A stretch of DNA of 64,000 nucleotides from an uncultured Bacillales bacterium (GCA_947564265.1 CANOBK010000006.1:40648-104647); one strand, 5' to 3'. Counted from the stretch's first letter, positions 37,583 to 48,999 are shown. A program made the numbers and translations. The notes: a model not told the origin generated them from the sequence alone.

Positions 37583-38689
37583 TTAGAATCCTCCGTTAAT
37601 CTTTGCCTTTATCTTCTTTTTCTTAAGGGCTTTTTCATAAATTCTTGCGTGATTTTGGATTGTCTCCCACGAAAGTTGTTCATACTGATTCGATGCGACA
37701 AAGGAAGAATTCACGTAACGATTGATCACTACTTGTTTTGGTTTCAGTTGTTCTAAAACCGCTAGTGTTTGCATGATATCTTCTTCTGTTTCTGTTGGAA
37801 ATCCTGCGATAATATTAAGAATCAATTCTAAAGGATGTTTTTCACGAATTGATTTTGCAAATGTTATTATTTCTTCTGGCATGAAACCTTTATTAGCTAA
37901 TTTTAATAATCTAGGACTCCCAGATTCTAATGAACCCGATAAACAGATTTCTTTAGTACTAGCCCCAATCGGAGAAGCAAAGTCGTTTTTTATGGCATCC
38001 CAAAAAGAAAAACCAACATAGCTTACTTTTTTGATATGATTTTTTGTTTCTAAATATTGCATTACTTCTGGTAATTTATATTCTTGATAAAGATCAAATC
38101 CATACTGACTCACGTTTGTCGCTTTGACATAAAGATGAGAAATTTCATCCCCTAAAGAATCAATGGCGGACTTCACAGTTTCTAAAGGAGCGCTTTTCAG
38201 AGGATATTTTTGAAACGTCAATTTACAAAAGGAACAGTGATTGAAACAACCACTACCAATATAAAGACTTGCCACATGGGGAGAAGACACTGAGAGAGCT
38301 CCAAATTGTTCCGCTTCTAAATTTTGAAATTCTTGTTCAGAAATTAATTTTAATAATTGATTGGGTTCGGTCGCAGGAATGATAAAATCACAATTTTCCT
38401 TTAACCAATTTTGAACTTCTACTAGTTTTGGATCGTCTTTAAACTCTCTCGTAATACAACCTGTTACATATACCTTTGCCTCTTTCCTCTTCTGTTCCAA
38501 AACTGCCTTCATATAAGAAATCGTCATATCAATATGTCGCTCACTTGTGCTACATGTCCCAAGAAATAAAATGGCATCTGCGACAGAAGGGTCACTTACA
38601 ATCTCGAATTTTTTATATAGTTGATGTCCAATATAATCATGTTGATAATTCAAATTGCAACTAATATCATAGCCAATAAATATTTTCAT
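37583..38689 (-). CDS. Divergent methylthiotransferase-like radical SAM protein (UPF0004 plus rSAM domains, no TRAM)
   Basis: From ATG at 38689: C11/C46/C78 (SCN, GTCS, TGCI) with MTTase spacing; GSGCFNHCSFC; ESGSPRLL; IIAGFPTETEED. Confidence 0.75.
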   Translation of the reverse strand: MKIFIGYDISCNLNYQHDYIGHQLYKKFEIVSDPSVADAILFLGTCSTSERHIDMTISYMKAVLEQKRKEAKVYVTGCITREFKDDPKLVEVQNWLKENCDFIIPATEPNQLLKLISEQEFQNLEAEQFGALSVSSPHVASLYIGSGCFNHCSFCKLTFQKYPLKSAPLETVKSAIDSLGDEISHLYVKATNVSQYGFDLYQEYKLPEVMQYLETKNHIKKVSYVGFSFWDAIKNDFASPIGASTKEICLSGSLESGSPRLLKLANKGFMPEEIITFAKSIREKHPLELILNIIAGFPTETEEDIMQTLAVLEQLKPKQVVINRYVNSSFVASNQYEQLSWETIQNHARIYEKALKKKKIKAKINGGF

Positions 38690-38773
38690 GATTGATTTCC
38701 TCTTTTTCTTAAATTTTCTCTCTATTAAACCATAATTTCTAGTTTTACGCAAGAAAAAAAGAGCCAAATAGGC

Positions 38774-39388
38774 TCACTTCCGATGTGCTACCGCAATTCC
38801 ATCTCCGGTTGTTAAAAATTTCACATCGTAATTTTCATTGTTTTCTAAGAATTCTTGATATTCTTTAATTTTTCTAATTAATCCACGAAGGTTTCGACTC
38901 ATAGATTCTTCCTCTTGATTTACTAAGCCGTGAAAATCCATATTATCTGTAATAATCGTTCCATGTTCTGTAAGATTCTTTTCAAACTTTTCAAAAAAAC
39001 GAATATTTTGTCCCTTTGCTGCATCTAGAAAAATCAAATCAAATGTACCATCTACTTCGACATCAAGCGCATCATTGAATATTAAGGTAATTCTGTCCTC
39101 TAAACCCATCTTTTTTATGTTTTTTACCGCTTCCATGTACCGCTCTTGATCCCTTTCAATCGTAGTTATTTTAACATTAGGACTAGAAAGTGCCATCATA
39201 ATAGAAGAATATCCAATAGCAGTTCCTACTTCTAATATATTTTCTACCTGATGATCCACAATAAATCTCGTTAAAAAATCAATTCCTCGATCTACCATAA
39301 TTGGTATTTTATTATCAAGCGCATATTTTTTAATTTCTTTTATTTGATTATATACATTTTCGTTCATGATTTTTTTAGAATCCTCCAT
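38774..39388 (-). CDS. trmR: O-methyltransferase, YrrM/TrmR family (tRNA 5-hydroxyuridine methyltransferase)
   Basis: ILEVGTAIGYS, TTIERD, DLIFLDAAKGQ, ITDN, GDGIAV; synteny with mltG and the U32 genes. Confidence 0.85.
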   Translation of the reverse strand: MEDSKKIMNENVYNQIKEIKKYALDNKIPIMVDRGIDFLTRFIVDHQVENILEVGTAIGYSSIMMALSSPNVKITTIERDQERYMEAVKNIKKMGLEDRITLIFNDALDVEVDGTFDLIFLDAAKGQNIRFFEKFEKNLTEHGTIITDNMDFHGLVNQEEESMSRNLRGLIRKIKEYQEFLENNENYDVKFLTTGDGIAVAHRK

Positions 39389-40454
39389 TTACTTTACTTA
39401 GTTCTGCCTTTTTCACTTCAAAATCTGCACTCTTTTCAAAAAAGAATGTCTCTAGTGTTTGAATATTCGCAATAAAGAATAAATAATTGGTTTCTTCTGG
39501 ATGAATAGAAGCTTCCAAACTTGTCTTAGAAATGGTACAAATAGGTCCAATTGGAAGTTTACCATTCATACTTCCATCCGTTACTCTCGTATTATAAGGA
39601 TTTGATGTATTATATTGAATTGTTGTCAATCTCTGTTTTGGATCATCTACTTTAAAGGCATATCTCGTCGTTACATCACTTCCCAAAGACATATTTGTCT
39701 TTAAACGGTTATAAAAGACACTTGCTACTTTACTACGGTCTGTCACAGTTGCACTTTCTTTTTCTACCATTGAAGCAAGAGATAAAATTTGGTGAACCGT
39801 ATAGGGACTCTTTTCCATGTCTTCCTTGTAAGGTTCCAAGACACGTGCCATTCCCTCTAACATTTTCTCAAAGATGTATTCAACATCTACTTCCTTATTT
39901 GTTAAGCTATAGGTATCTGGAAACAGGTATCCCTCTAATCCATAATAGATTCCTTCTTGTAAAACAGATTCATCAATAAACCAATACTTTTCAATTAGCT
40001 TTTTTAAATAAGTAGGATCACTTGATTTTTCAAGAACAGCCTCATAACTATTTTCTGTTTTATTACTAATAATCGTCGCGATTTGCCTCATCGTAATCCC
40101 TTCTTGGAAGGTAATTTGAATTTCATGCGGATTTTTGGTACTACCTTTTCGTAGTTCTTCCACTAAATCTTCTGTACTCATATTTTTTGACAAATCGTAA
40201 TATCCTGCTTTCATATCGGCAATTTTAAATAATTTCACATAGAGAAGAAAGAAGTTTTCATCACGAATTAATTTTTTTTCTTTTAATATTTTAGCAATAG
40301 TCGCTCTAGAAGAATTGGCAGGAATCTCTACCTCTATCGTTTTTGTTTCTTTTCCAATTGGACTCAACATATATTTATAGATTCCACAAAGTCCAATAAT
40401 AATAACTGCGACTAAAACTACAATCGCTAACGCTATATTTCTAAACACTTTCAT
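39375..40454 (-). CDS. mltG: Endolytic transglycosylase MltG
   Basis: N-terminal TM helix, LEGYLFPDTY, LASMVEKES, ASVFYNRL, SDVT, NPYNT, PIGPI, YLFF. Confidence 0.93.
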   Translation of the reverse strand: MKVFRNIALAIVVLVAVIIIGLCGIYKYMLSPIGKETKTIEVEIPANSSRATIAKILKEKKLIRDENFFLLYVKLFKIADMKAGYYDLSKNMSTEDLVEELRKGSTKNPHEIQITFQEGITMRQIATIISNKTENSYEAVLEKSSDPTYLKKLIEKYWFIDESVLQEGIYYGLEGYLFPDTYSLTNKEVDVEYIFEKMLEGMARVLEPYKEDMEKSPYTVHQILSLASMVEKESATVTDRSKVASVFYNRLKTNMSLGSDVTTRYAFKVDDPKQRLTTIQYNTSNPYNTRVTDGSMNGKLPIGPICTISKTSLEASIHPEETNYLFFIANIQTLETFFFEKSADFEVKKAELSKVNGGF

Positions 40455-40485
40455 ACTACGCCACCCACTAAAAAAAAGAGCAAAA

Positions 40486-40794
40486 TTATTGCTCGCTTCC
40501 TTCCGATGTTTCTGGATTTTCTTGTAATTTACTACGAACTTCCTCTTGAATTGCTTCTAAAATTGTCTCAACCACTTTCCACTCTTTTTCTGTTTCAATT
40601 GGCTCAAATCCAGCATTTAAGTCTTCTGGATGATAAACGGCAGCATAAGCTTTAATGCTTCCATCTTCTTCATAAGTATTATCTGTATATGCGATATAAC
40701 TTTTTCCTGTTTCCTCACTATCAAAAGTAAATAGTACATTACAAGTAATTTCTTTTCCATCCTCCGTTACCATTTTAAATGTGTTTTCTTTCAT
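40486..40794 (-). CDS. DUF1292 (YrzB-like) protein
   Basis: EDGKEITCNVLFTFDS..SYIAY..IETEKEW; synteny after ruvX. Confidence 0.8.
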   Translation of the reverse strand: MKENTFKMVTEDGKEITCNVLFTFDSEETGKSYIAYTDNTYEEDGSIKAYAAVYHPEDLNAGFEPIETEKEWKVVETILEAIQEEVRSKLQENPETSEGSEQ

Positions 40795-41213
40795 GATTCT
40801 CTTTCCCTTCTATCCAAATAGCTTTGCAGGATAATCGTCGCTGCCAAACTATCAATTACTTTTTTTCTTTTTTTTCTACTTGTATCGTTTGAAATTAGTA
40901 AACTTTCTGCTTGCTTTGTCGTTAATCTCTCATCCTGTAAATGAACGGGTAGTCCCGTACTCTCTTCTAGCATTTCTTTGAATCTAAGACAAATCTCTCC
41001 CCGTTCTCCTACAGAATTATTCATATTCTTAGGAAGACCTAGGACAAGTTCCTTGACATTCTTTTCTTCTATTTCATGAATTACTTGTGGGATTAGACTT
41101 TCGTAATCTTCTTCATGTCGTAAAATTTTATAACTAGTCGCAATCATACCAAGTTCATCAGAAAGTGCAAGTCCAAGTGTTTTTGTTCCTAAATCCAAAC
41201 CTAAATAACGCAT
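40791..41213 (-). CDS. ruvX: Holliday junction resolvase-like / pre-16S rRNA nuclease (YqgF/RuvX)
   Basis: LGLDLGTKTLGLA, VLGLPKNM, QDERLTT, IDSLAATIILQSYLD. Confidence 0.95.
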   Translation of the reverse strand: MRYLGLDLGTKTLGLALSDELGMIATSYKILRHEEDYESLIPQVIHEIEEKNVKELVLGLPKNMNNSVGERGEICLRFKEMLEESTGLPVHLQDERLTTKQAESLLISNDTSRKKRKKVIDSLAATIILQSYLDRRERES

Positions 41214-41458
41214 TAATCTAGAACCTTTCCTAGTAAAAACTCAATAATCTTACTACGATCAATACTAGAAATTTTCTTTCTGGCATCTTTATACGAAGAA
41301 ATATATCCTGGGTCTCCACTCATCAAATAACCTGTAATCTGCTTAATCGGATGATATCCCTTTTCTCGTAATGCTTCCGTTACTTCGTTCAAAATACTTT
41401 CTGTAAGTGCTGTGTCTAATTCTCCTAAGTCATATAAATGAGTTGTTTCTGAATCCAT
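41213..41458 (-). CDS. ireB: IreB family regulatory phosphoprotein (UPF0297)
   Basis: ALREKGYHPIKQITGYLMSGDPGYISSYKDAR. Confidence 0.92.
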   Translation of the reverse strand: MDSETTHLYDLGELDTALTESILNEVTEALREKGYHPIKQITGYLMSGDPGYISSYKDARKKISSIDRSKIIEFLLGKVLD

Positions 41459-41550
41459 TTTATCACCTCATTGTCTAAGGTTATTTTATCATTCTTTTTG
41501 AAGAATCGCAAGGAAAGGAAACTAATTTTTCTAGTTTTCGAACGTTTCCT

Positions 41551-42693
41551 TTATCTGGGCATAAAGATTCCCATATAAATCATAAAGCCAGTAAATAGGA
41601 TGGTAACAATCCAGCCATTCACCTTTTCAAAGGTAGTACTTTTATACTTAACTCCTAAGGCAACCGTAATTAATGTTCCTCCAATGAGTCCTCCGATATG
41701 AGCAAAATTATCAATGCCACTACCAAGGAACCCTATTAATAAATTTAATAGAATTAAAGGAATGATTTGACTCTTTAAAACATTTCCTAAATAAACACGA
41801 TAATGGTATCCAAAGTAAAGCATACTTCCAAGTAATCCAAAAATAGCTCCACTCGCTCCTACACTAGCTCCTTGATTAAATGTAATAGAAGTTAGGCTGG
41901 CAATCACTGCAGAAAATAAATAGACAATTAGATATTTCCCTTTTCCAAGAAAACTCTCCATCTGACTTCCGATAATATAAAGGGCATAACAGTTAAATAA
42001 AAGATGAAAGATATCTCCATGAAGAAAAGCACCAGTTAATAATCGATAGTAATCCCCATTTCGAATAAAAGGACCATATACTGCAAAATTTTGAATAGAA
42101 TCATCATATAGTCCAAAAATAACACTACCGAAGAAAATCAACATATTGATTACAATTAAAATTGTTGTCAAAATTGGCTTTTTTCTTTTAAAAACCTCTT
42201 CTGCCTTTTCTGCTTCTGTTTTGTTTTTAGAATTAATGTCATTGGTAATCTTAATAAATAACTGAAGACCCTGTTCACTGAATTCCAGTTTATTATTAAT
42301 ATCAGGAAATACTCGGTCAATAAAACTATAATTTGTTAAATCTTGTTCATCATATAAATAAACACAATCCATATTCTTTGTGTTATCTAAGTGGGCATTG
42401 TCTCCTAAATCTGTATAAATCGTTAAAACATTCATTTTAAAAGAAAATGTTTTCTTTTTTATTTTTCGAACAATTCGATTGGTTTTAAAGAAATCAAAAT
42501 TTAACTGCTCATCATTATGAATATGATTCGAAACGATTCGAATAATTTTATATTGATCATCCATATTCTCTAACCAGATTTCATTATCGATTCCCTGTAA
42601 TAGAATTGGATTATAATTTCTTTCTGTGATGAAATAATGAAGAAGTTTCATTATAATTCTGTCTTTTCTACTTAAAGATTCTTCCACTTTCAT
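41551..42693 (-). CDS. Rhomboid-family intramembrane serine protease
   Basis: YYRLLTGAFLHG..HLLFN, VGASGAIFG, IDNFAHIGG. Confidence 0.93.
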   Translation of the reverse strand: MKVEESLSRKDRIIMKLLHYFITERNYNPILLQGIDNEIWLENMDDQYKIIRIVSNHIHNDEQLNFDFFKTNRIVRKIKKKTFSFKMNVLTIYTDLGDNAHLDNTKNMDCVYLYDEQDLTNYSFIDRVFPDINNKLEFSEQGLQLFIKITNDINSKNKTEAEKAEEVFKRKKPILTTILIVINMLIFFGSVIFGLYDDSIQNFAVYGPFIRNGDYYRLLTGAFLHGDIFHLLFNCYALYIIGSQMESFLGKGKYLIVYLFSAVIASLTSITFNQGASVGASGAIFGLLGSMLYFGYHYRVYLGNVLKSQIIPLILLNLLIGFLGSGIDNFAHIGGLIGGTLITVALGVKYKSTTFEKVNGWIVTILFTGFMIYMGIFMPR

Positions 42694-42713
42694 TCCTCCT
42701 TGATACTAAGTAA

Positions 42714-43634
42714 TTATATCTTATTTTCTACTTCTAGTCTATCTAATTCTTCTAAATATGTTTGGAAATTTTTAGGCAGTTCTACCTCTACTATTATTTC
42801 TTTTCCTGTTTTCGGATGTTGGAATTCTATTTTTTTGGCATGAAGGAATTGACCGAAAGCAGTTGTCTTTTTTCTCTTTCCATACACCGGATCATTATAG
42901 ATTGGATAACCGATATAGTTCATGTGCACTCTGATTTGATGTGTTCTTCCAGTTTCCAATTTACATTCGATTAATGTCTGTTCTCTCTTTTTGTATCGCT
43001 TTAATACTCTAAAATGGGTAATTGCGTCTTTACTATTTTGATCTGTTACTTTCATTTTTTGACGGTTATCAGGATCTCTTCCAATTGGCGCATCAATCGT
43101 TCCTGTTTCATGAGGAATGATTCCATCCACAAGTGCATAATAAGTTCTGCTCACTTTTCTTTCTTTGATCATTTCGCTTAATTGATTATGAATTTCCTCA
43201 TTCTTCGCAACGACTAAGACACCACTAGTATCTTTATCAATTCTATGAACAATCCCAGGTCGAAATACCTCTCCCCCTTCAATTTTCCCTCTCCCAAGGA
43301 GGGCATTTACTAAAGTACCTGAATAATTTCCTGGAGCTGGATGAACGACCATCCCACTTTCTTTATTGACTACTAATAAATCGTCATCCTCATAACGAAT
43401 ATCGAGTGGAATTTCTTCCCCTTCAATATGAATTTCAAATGATAAATCCGTAGGCACTTCAATGATGTCCTCTTCTTTTACTAAATAACTAGCGTTGATG
43501 GAGGACCCATTGACTAAGATTCTTCCTTCTTTAATCAATTTCTGTACTTTACTACGACTAATTTCTAATTTTTCACTCAAGTACTGATCAATTCTAATAC
43601 TACTAGTTTCAACTTCTATCTTCATTTTTCTCAC
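42714..43634 (-). CDS. rluD: RluA/RluD-family pseudouridine synthase
   Basis: N-terminal S4 domain, VVHPAPG, IVHRIDKDTSG, LETGRTHQIRVH. Confidence 0.93.
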   Translation of the reverse strand: MRKMKIEVETSSIRIDQYLSEKLEISRSKVQKLIKEGRILVNGSSINASYLVKEEDIIEVPTDLSFEIHIEGEEIPLDIRYEDDDLLVVNKESGMVVHPAPGNYSGTLVNALLGRGKIEGGEVFRPGIVHRIDKDTSGVLVVAKNEEIHNQLSEMIKERKVSRTYYALVDGIIPHETGTIDAPIGRDPDNRQKMKVTDQNSKDAITHFRVLKRYKKREQTLIECKLETGRTHQIRVHMNYIGYPIYNDPVYGKRKKTTAFGQFLHAKKIEFQHPKTGKEIIVEVELPKNFQTYLEELDRLEVENKI

Positions 43635-44076
43635 CCCTTAAGGTTTCTATCATAATTAGGAACACTCCTACTACAATCGCAATATCTGCAAAATTAAAAA
43701 TTGGATAATGATAACTACCAAATTGAAGTCCAATATAATCAACAACACCTTCTACTAAAAGTCGATCCATTAGATTTCCTAAAACGCCTCCTAAAATGAG
43801 TCCAAGATATACACTTTCCAAAGTAGAAAAATTTTTCTTTCGGTAAATGTAGTAATTAACGCCAACAACAAAGAAAAGATTAATGATAATCAATAAATAA
43901 GGAACCGTATCTAAAATACTCCAAGCCCCTCCTGTGTTTTTTACATAGGTTAAATAAAAAAAATTTGGAATCAAATACAAGGTTTCCGAAAGTACCATTT
44001 TCGAAGTAATGAAATACTTTAGTAACTGATCTATTAATAAAGTAAAAAGAGTTATGTAATAGATTTTTTTCTTCAT
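43609..44076 (-). CDS. lspA: Lipoprotein signal peptidase II
   Basis: DQLLK, NTGGAWS, GNLMDR..GVVDYI, IFNFAD. Confidence 0.95.
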   Translation of the reverse strand: MKKKIYYITLFTLLIDQLLKYFITSKMVLSETLYLIPNFFYLTYVKNTGGAWSILDTVPYLLIIINLFFVVGVNYYIYRKKNFSTLESVYLGLILGGVLGNLMDRLLVEGVVDYIGLQFGSYHYPIFNFADIAIVVGVFLIMIETLRGEKNEDRS

Positions 44077-44176
44077 TTGGTATCACCGCTAATAGTATAG
44101 CACAAGCCACTAAGAAAAAAAAGAAGGAACCATCACTTTCAAAATCTATGATATAATTTAAAAAAAGGAGGTATAA

Positions 44177-44638
44177 ATGGAACGAGCAAAGGTAGCCGCC
44201 TCTACGGCATGCTATTTAATTAAGGATGGAAAAGTATTATTCTTGCACTTTAATAAGAAATGGGGACAAGTATATTCACCTCCTGGTGGAAAAATGCAAG
44301 AACACGAAAGTCCTTTAGAATGTATTTTAAGAGAGTTTGAAGAAGAAACAGGGCTTATCTTAAAAGATCCAAAATTAAAAGGATATTCTTATTGGGACTA
44401 TATTCACCAAGAACAAGGAATTATTTTTTTCTTTACCGCAACCTCTTATACAGGTTCTATTAAAGAAGGAGTGGAAGGAAAATTATCTTGGGTTAAAGTC
44501 GAAGATATCAAGGACTTAAAACAGTTCGATATGAATTCTAAATTTACAGATTTTATTTTTAAAGATGGCATTTTTGAAGGACATTTCGAACTCGATCAAG
44601 ATAATCAAGTAATATCTTATCAACTTATGGAAATCTAA
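44177..44638 (+). CDS. NUDIX hydrolase (MutT-like)
   Basis: Nudix box GGKMQEHESPLECILREFEEETG. Confidence 0.9.
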   Translation: MERAKVAASTACYLIKDGKVLFLHFNKKWGQVYSPPGGKMQEHESPLECILREFEEETGLILKDPKLKGYSYWDYIHQEQGIIFFFTATSYTGSIKEGVEGKLSWVKVEDIKDLKQFDMNSKFTDFIFKDGIFEGHFELDQDNQVISYQLMEI

Positions 44639-44645
44639 AAAGATA

Positions 44646-46292
44646 CTAAGCTTTTGCTTTCGTATCTTTTCTTTTGTAACAATATAATCCATAGCCAAGA
44701 AAATTTATCATTATGGTAGCTACGGATAATTTTCTGGTCATTCTATTTAAAAATGTTCCTGTATATTTTAAGGTATAAACACCATTATTTTTTATTTCTG
44801 CTTGTAATAATCCATATTCACTTATTGTGGTTGAGACTTTTTCTCCCTCTTTTGAAATTAATTGATATCCTGGATAGTAAATTCTTGGAAGTTCTATCAA
44901 AATAGGTTCTTTCATCTCGACTTGAAACTTTAATTCGGGCATTTCATTTTCCAGGATTTGATACACTCCTTCTCCTTCTACAAAAGAAATGGTTTGTTTT
45001 TTCTTTTTTATATAATCTTTATTTTGTTTTGCGACAATCGGAAGATATTCTTTTTGCCATCCCATTCCCCCATTCCACCAAATATCATCTAACTTCATAA
45101 TTTCGGTACTTGGAGAAGCAACTGCTTGATAGGCAGAAAGGACAAAAAGAAAAAGGAATAAGACAGGAACCCATTTCGAGTGATCTTGGATCAGACAAAA
45201 AGGTGCTAAAATACTTACGATAAGTCCTACAAATATTTCAAATCTCCAAGGAAATTGAATCATTCGAAATACATTAGGTACAAATTTCCATGGAAATAAT
45301 TTTGTTGAAAGAAGGAAAGCAACAATTCCAAAAGCTAATAAATTTTTGGTATAGTTTGGAAAGGAAAGTTGTTTTCTTCTTAAGAAAGTAATCAAAATAA
45401 GGAATAAAAGAATGATGGGAAAATAGAATTTTATATTTGATTGAAGGCATGGGATGATATTCAAATATTCAAAAGGATATAGTGCTGTTTTGGCGATCCT
45501 TTTGGTCATTTCTCCCGGTTCAAAAACAACATAGTCGACAAGAAGACGATTTTCAAGCAAAGGAAGCAAAAAGAAAGAAACCATTCCAAACACACTGATA
45601 CTCGCAATCCCAAACGGAATTAGAAACTCCTTTTTGAATACCTTTTTCCTAGAAAACAATAGAAAAATAGAAAGAAGAATGGTGAAATAAACCATTAAAG
45701 TTAAATGAGATAAGATTCCTCCTACATAGCCAATCACAAATAGTGGATAAAATTTCTTGATATTTCCTTCTAAGAGTTCATATACTCCTAGAAAAATCAT
45801 TGGCAAAAAGAGATATAAAAAACATTCAGCTAAAGAATCTCTCACATAAATATCGGAGATATGATATGGAAATGTCATATAAATAACAGCCGAGAAAAAA
45901 GCAATTTTTTGATTTTTAGAAAGATGGTAAGAAAGAAAATACATGGTAACTCCTGATAAGAAAAGGAGTAAAAAATGAACTATTTTAAAACTATCTAGCA
46001 CGGTGAAGCGAAAATAAGAAAGACAAGTAGCAAGATAGGCCGTAGCTGTATGAGAAAGAGGTGGATAAAACAATCGAGTTCCATAACCTAGTCCATAACC
46101 AATTTTATCTAAAATTGGACTCGTTGGTACCTTCCCCTCTAAGATTTGTTCTTCCGTCGCTAAAACATTCGCAACATGATACTTTGTATCATGCCCTGCA
46201 AGATATTCTCTTTGAAAGAAAGGAACCATCACTAAAAAGGCAACAAAAAATAAAAGGATGATTGCTAGAATCTGTTTTTGTCTTGATTTCAT
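44646..46292 (-). CDS. Multi-pass membrane protein, 6-pyruvoyl-tetrahydropterin-synthase-related/YfhO-like (GT-C-type glycosyltransferase fold)
   Basis: GHDTKYH, FYPPLS, YMTFPYHISDIYVRDSLAE, IQFPWRF, EYLP, LPRIYYPGY; about 12 TM segments. Confidence 0.75.
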   Translation of the reverse strand: MKSRQKQILAIILLFFVAFLVMVPFFQREYLAGHDTKYHVANVLATEEQILEGKVPTSPILDKIGYGLGYGTRLFYPPLSHTATAYLATCLSYFRFTVLDSFKIVHFLLLFLSGVTMYFLSYHLSKNQKIAFFSAVIYMTFPYHISDIYVRDSLAECFLYLFLPMIFLGVYELLEGNIKKFYPLFVIGYVGGILSHLTLMVYFTILLSIFLLFSRKKVFKKEFLIPFGIASISVFGMVSFFLLPLLENRLLVDYVVFEPGEMTKRIAKTALYPFEYLNIIPCLQSNIKFYFPIILLFLILITFLRRKQLSFPNYTKNLLAFGIVAFLLSTKLFPWKFVPNVFRMIQFPWRFEIFVGLIVSILAPFCLIQDHSKWVPVLFLFLFVLSAYQAVASPSTEIMKLDDIWWNGGMGWQKEYLPIVAKQNKDYIKKKKQTISFVEGEGVYQILENEMPELKFQVEMKEPILIELPRIYYPGYQLISKEGEKVSTTISEYGLLQAEIKNNGVYTLKYTGTFLNRMTRKLSVATIMINFLGYGLYCYKRKDTKAKA

Positions 46293-46441
46293 ATTTTTTC
46301 TTCTACCTCCGGTTCTAAAAGCATTTTACTACGAAAAAGACAAATTGTATAGAAATTTATAGTTGCTTTTATAGTATTTACAGTTGCCTATTTTTTCATT
46401 CAAAAAAGGTACCTAAATCATACGATCTAGATACCTAAAAT

Positions 46442-48979
46442 TTATTTTTTAAGAAGTTCTAATTTTTCCTTTTCTTCTTGTAATTTTTTACGGTCCAGTT
46501 CAACAATATTTGCTGGTGCTTTGTTTACGTAATTTTCATTTGCTAATAATTTTTCTCTTCGTTCAATGGAAGATTCTAGTTTTTTAATTTCCTCTTCCTT
46601 TTTTGATTCATCTTCTTTTTGACCTTCATAATAGAACGTGATATCAATCAACTTAGATTGATAATTTTTACTTGTAAATTCAGAAACCGGTTTCTCAACA
46701 ATTTTCTCTTCCTTAATTTTTAATTGAGAACGATAGATTGAGCCAATTTCTTCTGTTTCGACTTTTTTCATTTCAATGAAGGCATCTTTCGTGATATTAT
46801 TCGTAGCCCTTAAATTACGGATACTAACAATATCCTCAATTATTTTATCAACCAGTTCCTTTTCCTTTTTAAAGTTTCTTTCTTCTACTACTGGATAATT
46901 ACTAATCATAATAGATTCGGATTCTTTTATCGGAAGCATTTGATAAATCTCTTCTGTCACGTATGGCATAAATGGATGAAGCATCTTTAAAATATCAGTT
47001 AAAACAGTAAGTAGAACACTCTTGGTAGTTACATCCATACTAGCTTTCGATAATTCGATATACCAGTCACAATAATCTTCCCAAATAAAACTATAAAGTT
47101 CATTTCCTACATTATGGAATTCATATTTTTCCATATTATTTCTGACGTTTTTAACTGTCTGATTTAATTTTTCCAAAATCCATTTATCTTGAAGTTTTAA
47201 ATCTTGTAACGTATATTCTTCTTTCTTAAATCCTTCTAAGTTCATTAAAACAAACCTTGAAGCGTTCCATAGTTTATTAATAAAATTCCATGTAGATTTT
47301 ACTTTTTCTTCATCATATCTTAAATCCATTCCTGGTGCAGAATTGGTCGTTAAGAAGAAACGAAGGGTATCTGCTCCATATTCTTCGATGACATCCATAG
47401 GATCAATTCCATTTCCTAAAGACTTCGACATTTTTCTTCCTTGTTTATCACGAATTAATCCATGAATCAAACAGTCTTTAAATGGTCTTTTATCTGTAAA
47501 ATGAAGTCCTTGAAAAGTCATTCGATTGACCCAGAACGGAATGATATCATATCCAGTTACCAAGCAATTATTAGAATAATAACGCTCTAAATCCTCTGTA
47601 TTTTCTGGCCAACCTAAGGTACTGAATGGCCATAAAGCAGAACTGAACCAGGTATCTAGAACATCACTATCTTGAACCCATCCTTCTCCCTCTGGTTCTT
47701 CCATTCCAACATAGACTTCTTCTCCTTTATACCAAGCTGGGATTCTGTGTCCCCACCAAAGTTGACGAGAAATACACCAGTCATAGGTAATCTCCATCCA
47801 GTGATTCATTACTTTTTCAAATCGTTCAGGAACAAAATTTACTTTTTTATTCTTGTCTTTTTGATTTTCTAGTACTCTATCTGCTAAAGGTCTCATTTTT
47901 ACAAACCATTGTTTTGATAGATAAGGTTCTACTAAGCAATCGGTTCTTTCACTATGTCCTACGCTATGTGTCATCGGTTCAATTTTAATTAATAAATCTT
48001 GTTCTTTTAAATCTTTTAATAGAGCTTCTCGACACGCTTCTCTTGTCATTCCATTATAAATCCCTGCATTCTCATTCATTGTCGCATCTGGATTCATGAC
48101 AACGACTCTTTCTAGATTATGACGATTTCCTACTTCAAAGTCGTTAGGGTCATGGGCAGGCGTAATTTTAACAACTCCTGTTCCAAATTCTGGATCTGCA
48201 TGTTCATCTCCTACAATGGGAATTAATTTATTGACAATAGGAAGAATTACCTTTTTCCCAATTAAATCTTTGTACCTGTCATCTTTTGGATTTACCGCAA
48301 CCGCAGTATCTCCAAACAAAGTTTCAGGACGAGTCGTTGCGACTTCTAAATAATCAGTAGTTCCTTCAATAAAATATTTTAAGTGATAGAAGGCTCCCTC
48401 TACATCTTTATAGATAACTTCTTCATTTGATAAGGCTGTCATTGCTTCTGGATCCCAGTTAATAATTCTTTCTCCTCGGTAGATTAATCCTTCATTATAT
48501 AAATCAACGAATACTTTGCGAACTGCTTTAGAAAGACCATCATCAAGCGTAAATCTCTCCCTAGAATAGTCAAGAGAAAGTCCTAGTTTTGCCCATTGAC
48601 TACGAATATTTTCGGAATATTCCTTTTTCCAATCCCATGCAACTTTTAGCCACTCTTCACGGTCCATTTCTCGAGGTTTAATTCCTTGATCTTTTAATTT
48701 TTTATCTACTTTTGCCTGTGTTGCAATTCCTGCGTGATCCATTCCTGGAAGCCAAAGTACATCGTATCCATCCATTCTTTTATAACGAATAATAATATCT
48801 TGTAGTGTAGTATCCCAAGCATGTCCTAAATGTAGTTTTCCCGTAACATTAGGAGGGGGAATGACAATACAAAATGGCTCTTTGCTCTGATTTTTTCCTG
48901 CCTTAAAATACTCTTTTTCTTTCCAAATCTCATATTTATTTTCTTCTACTTGTTTATGATCATATTTTTTTTCTAACAT
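46442..48979 (-). CDS. valS: Valine--tRNA ligase
   Basis: [13 protein letters not shown] (HIGH), [17 protein letters not shown]-terminal coiled coil. Confidence 0.98.
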   Translation of the reverse strand: MLEKKYDHKQVEENKYEIWKEKEYFKAGKNQSKEPFCIVIPPPNVTGKLHLGHAWDTTLQDIIIRYKRMDGYDVLWLPGMDHAGIATQAKVDKKLKDQGIKPREMDREEWLKVAWDWKKEYSENIRSQWAKLGLSLDYSRERFTLDDGLSKAVRKVFVDLYNEGLIYRGERIINWDPEAMTALSNEEVIYKDVEGAFYHLKYFIEGTTDYLEVATTRPETLFGDTAVAVNPKDDRYKDLIGKKVILPIVNKLIPIVGDEHADPEFGTGVVKITPAHDPNDFEVGNRHNLERVVVMNPDATMNENAGIYNGMTREACREALLKDLKEQDLLIKIEPMTHSVGHSERTDCLVEPYLSKQWFVKMRPLADRVLENQKDKNKKVNFVPERFEKVMNHWMEITYDWCISRQLWWGHRIPAWYKGEEVYVGMEEPEGEGWVQDSDVLDTWFSSALWPFSTLGWPENTEDLERYYSNNCLVTGYDIIPFWVNRMTFQGLHFTDKRPFKDCLIHGLIRDKQGRKMSKSLGNGIDPMDVIEEYGADTLRFFLTTNSAPGMDLRYDEEKVKSTWNFINKLWNASRFVLMNLEGFKKEEYTLQDLKLQDKWILEKLNQTVKNVRNNMEKYEFHNVGNELYSFIWEDYCDWYIELSKASMDVTTKSVLLTVLTDILKMLHPFMPYVTEEIYQMLPIKESESIMISNYPVVEERNFKKEKELVDKIIEDIVSIRNLRATNNITKDAFIEMKKVETEEIGSIYRSQLKIKEEKIVEKPVSEFTSKNYQSKLIDITFYYEGQKEDESKKEEEIKKLESSIERREKLLANENYVNKAPANIVELDRKKLQEEKEKLELLKK

Positions 48980-48999
48980 TTTATAATCCTCCTTATTTT

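Noticed and set aside
41213-41550. alaS is absent upstream of ireB-ruvX
   Set aside because: This is a simple synteny break; nothing in the window suggests gene loss rather than relocation.
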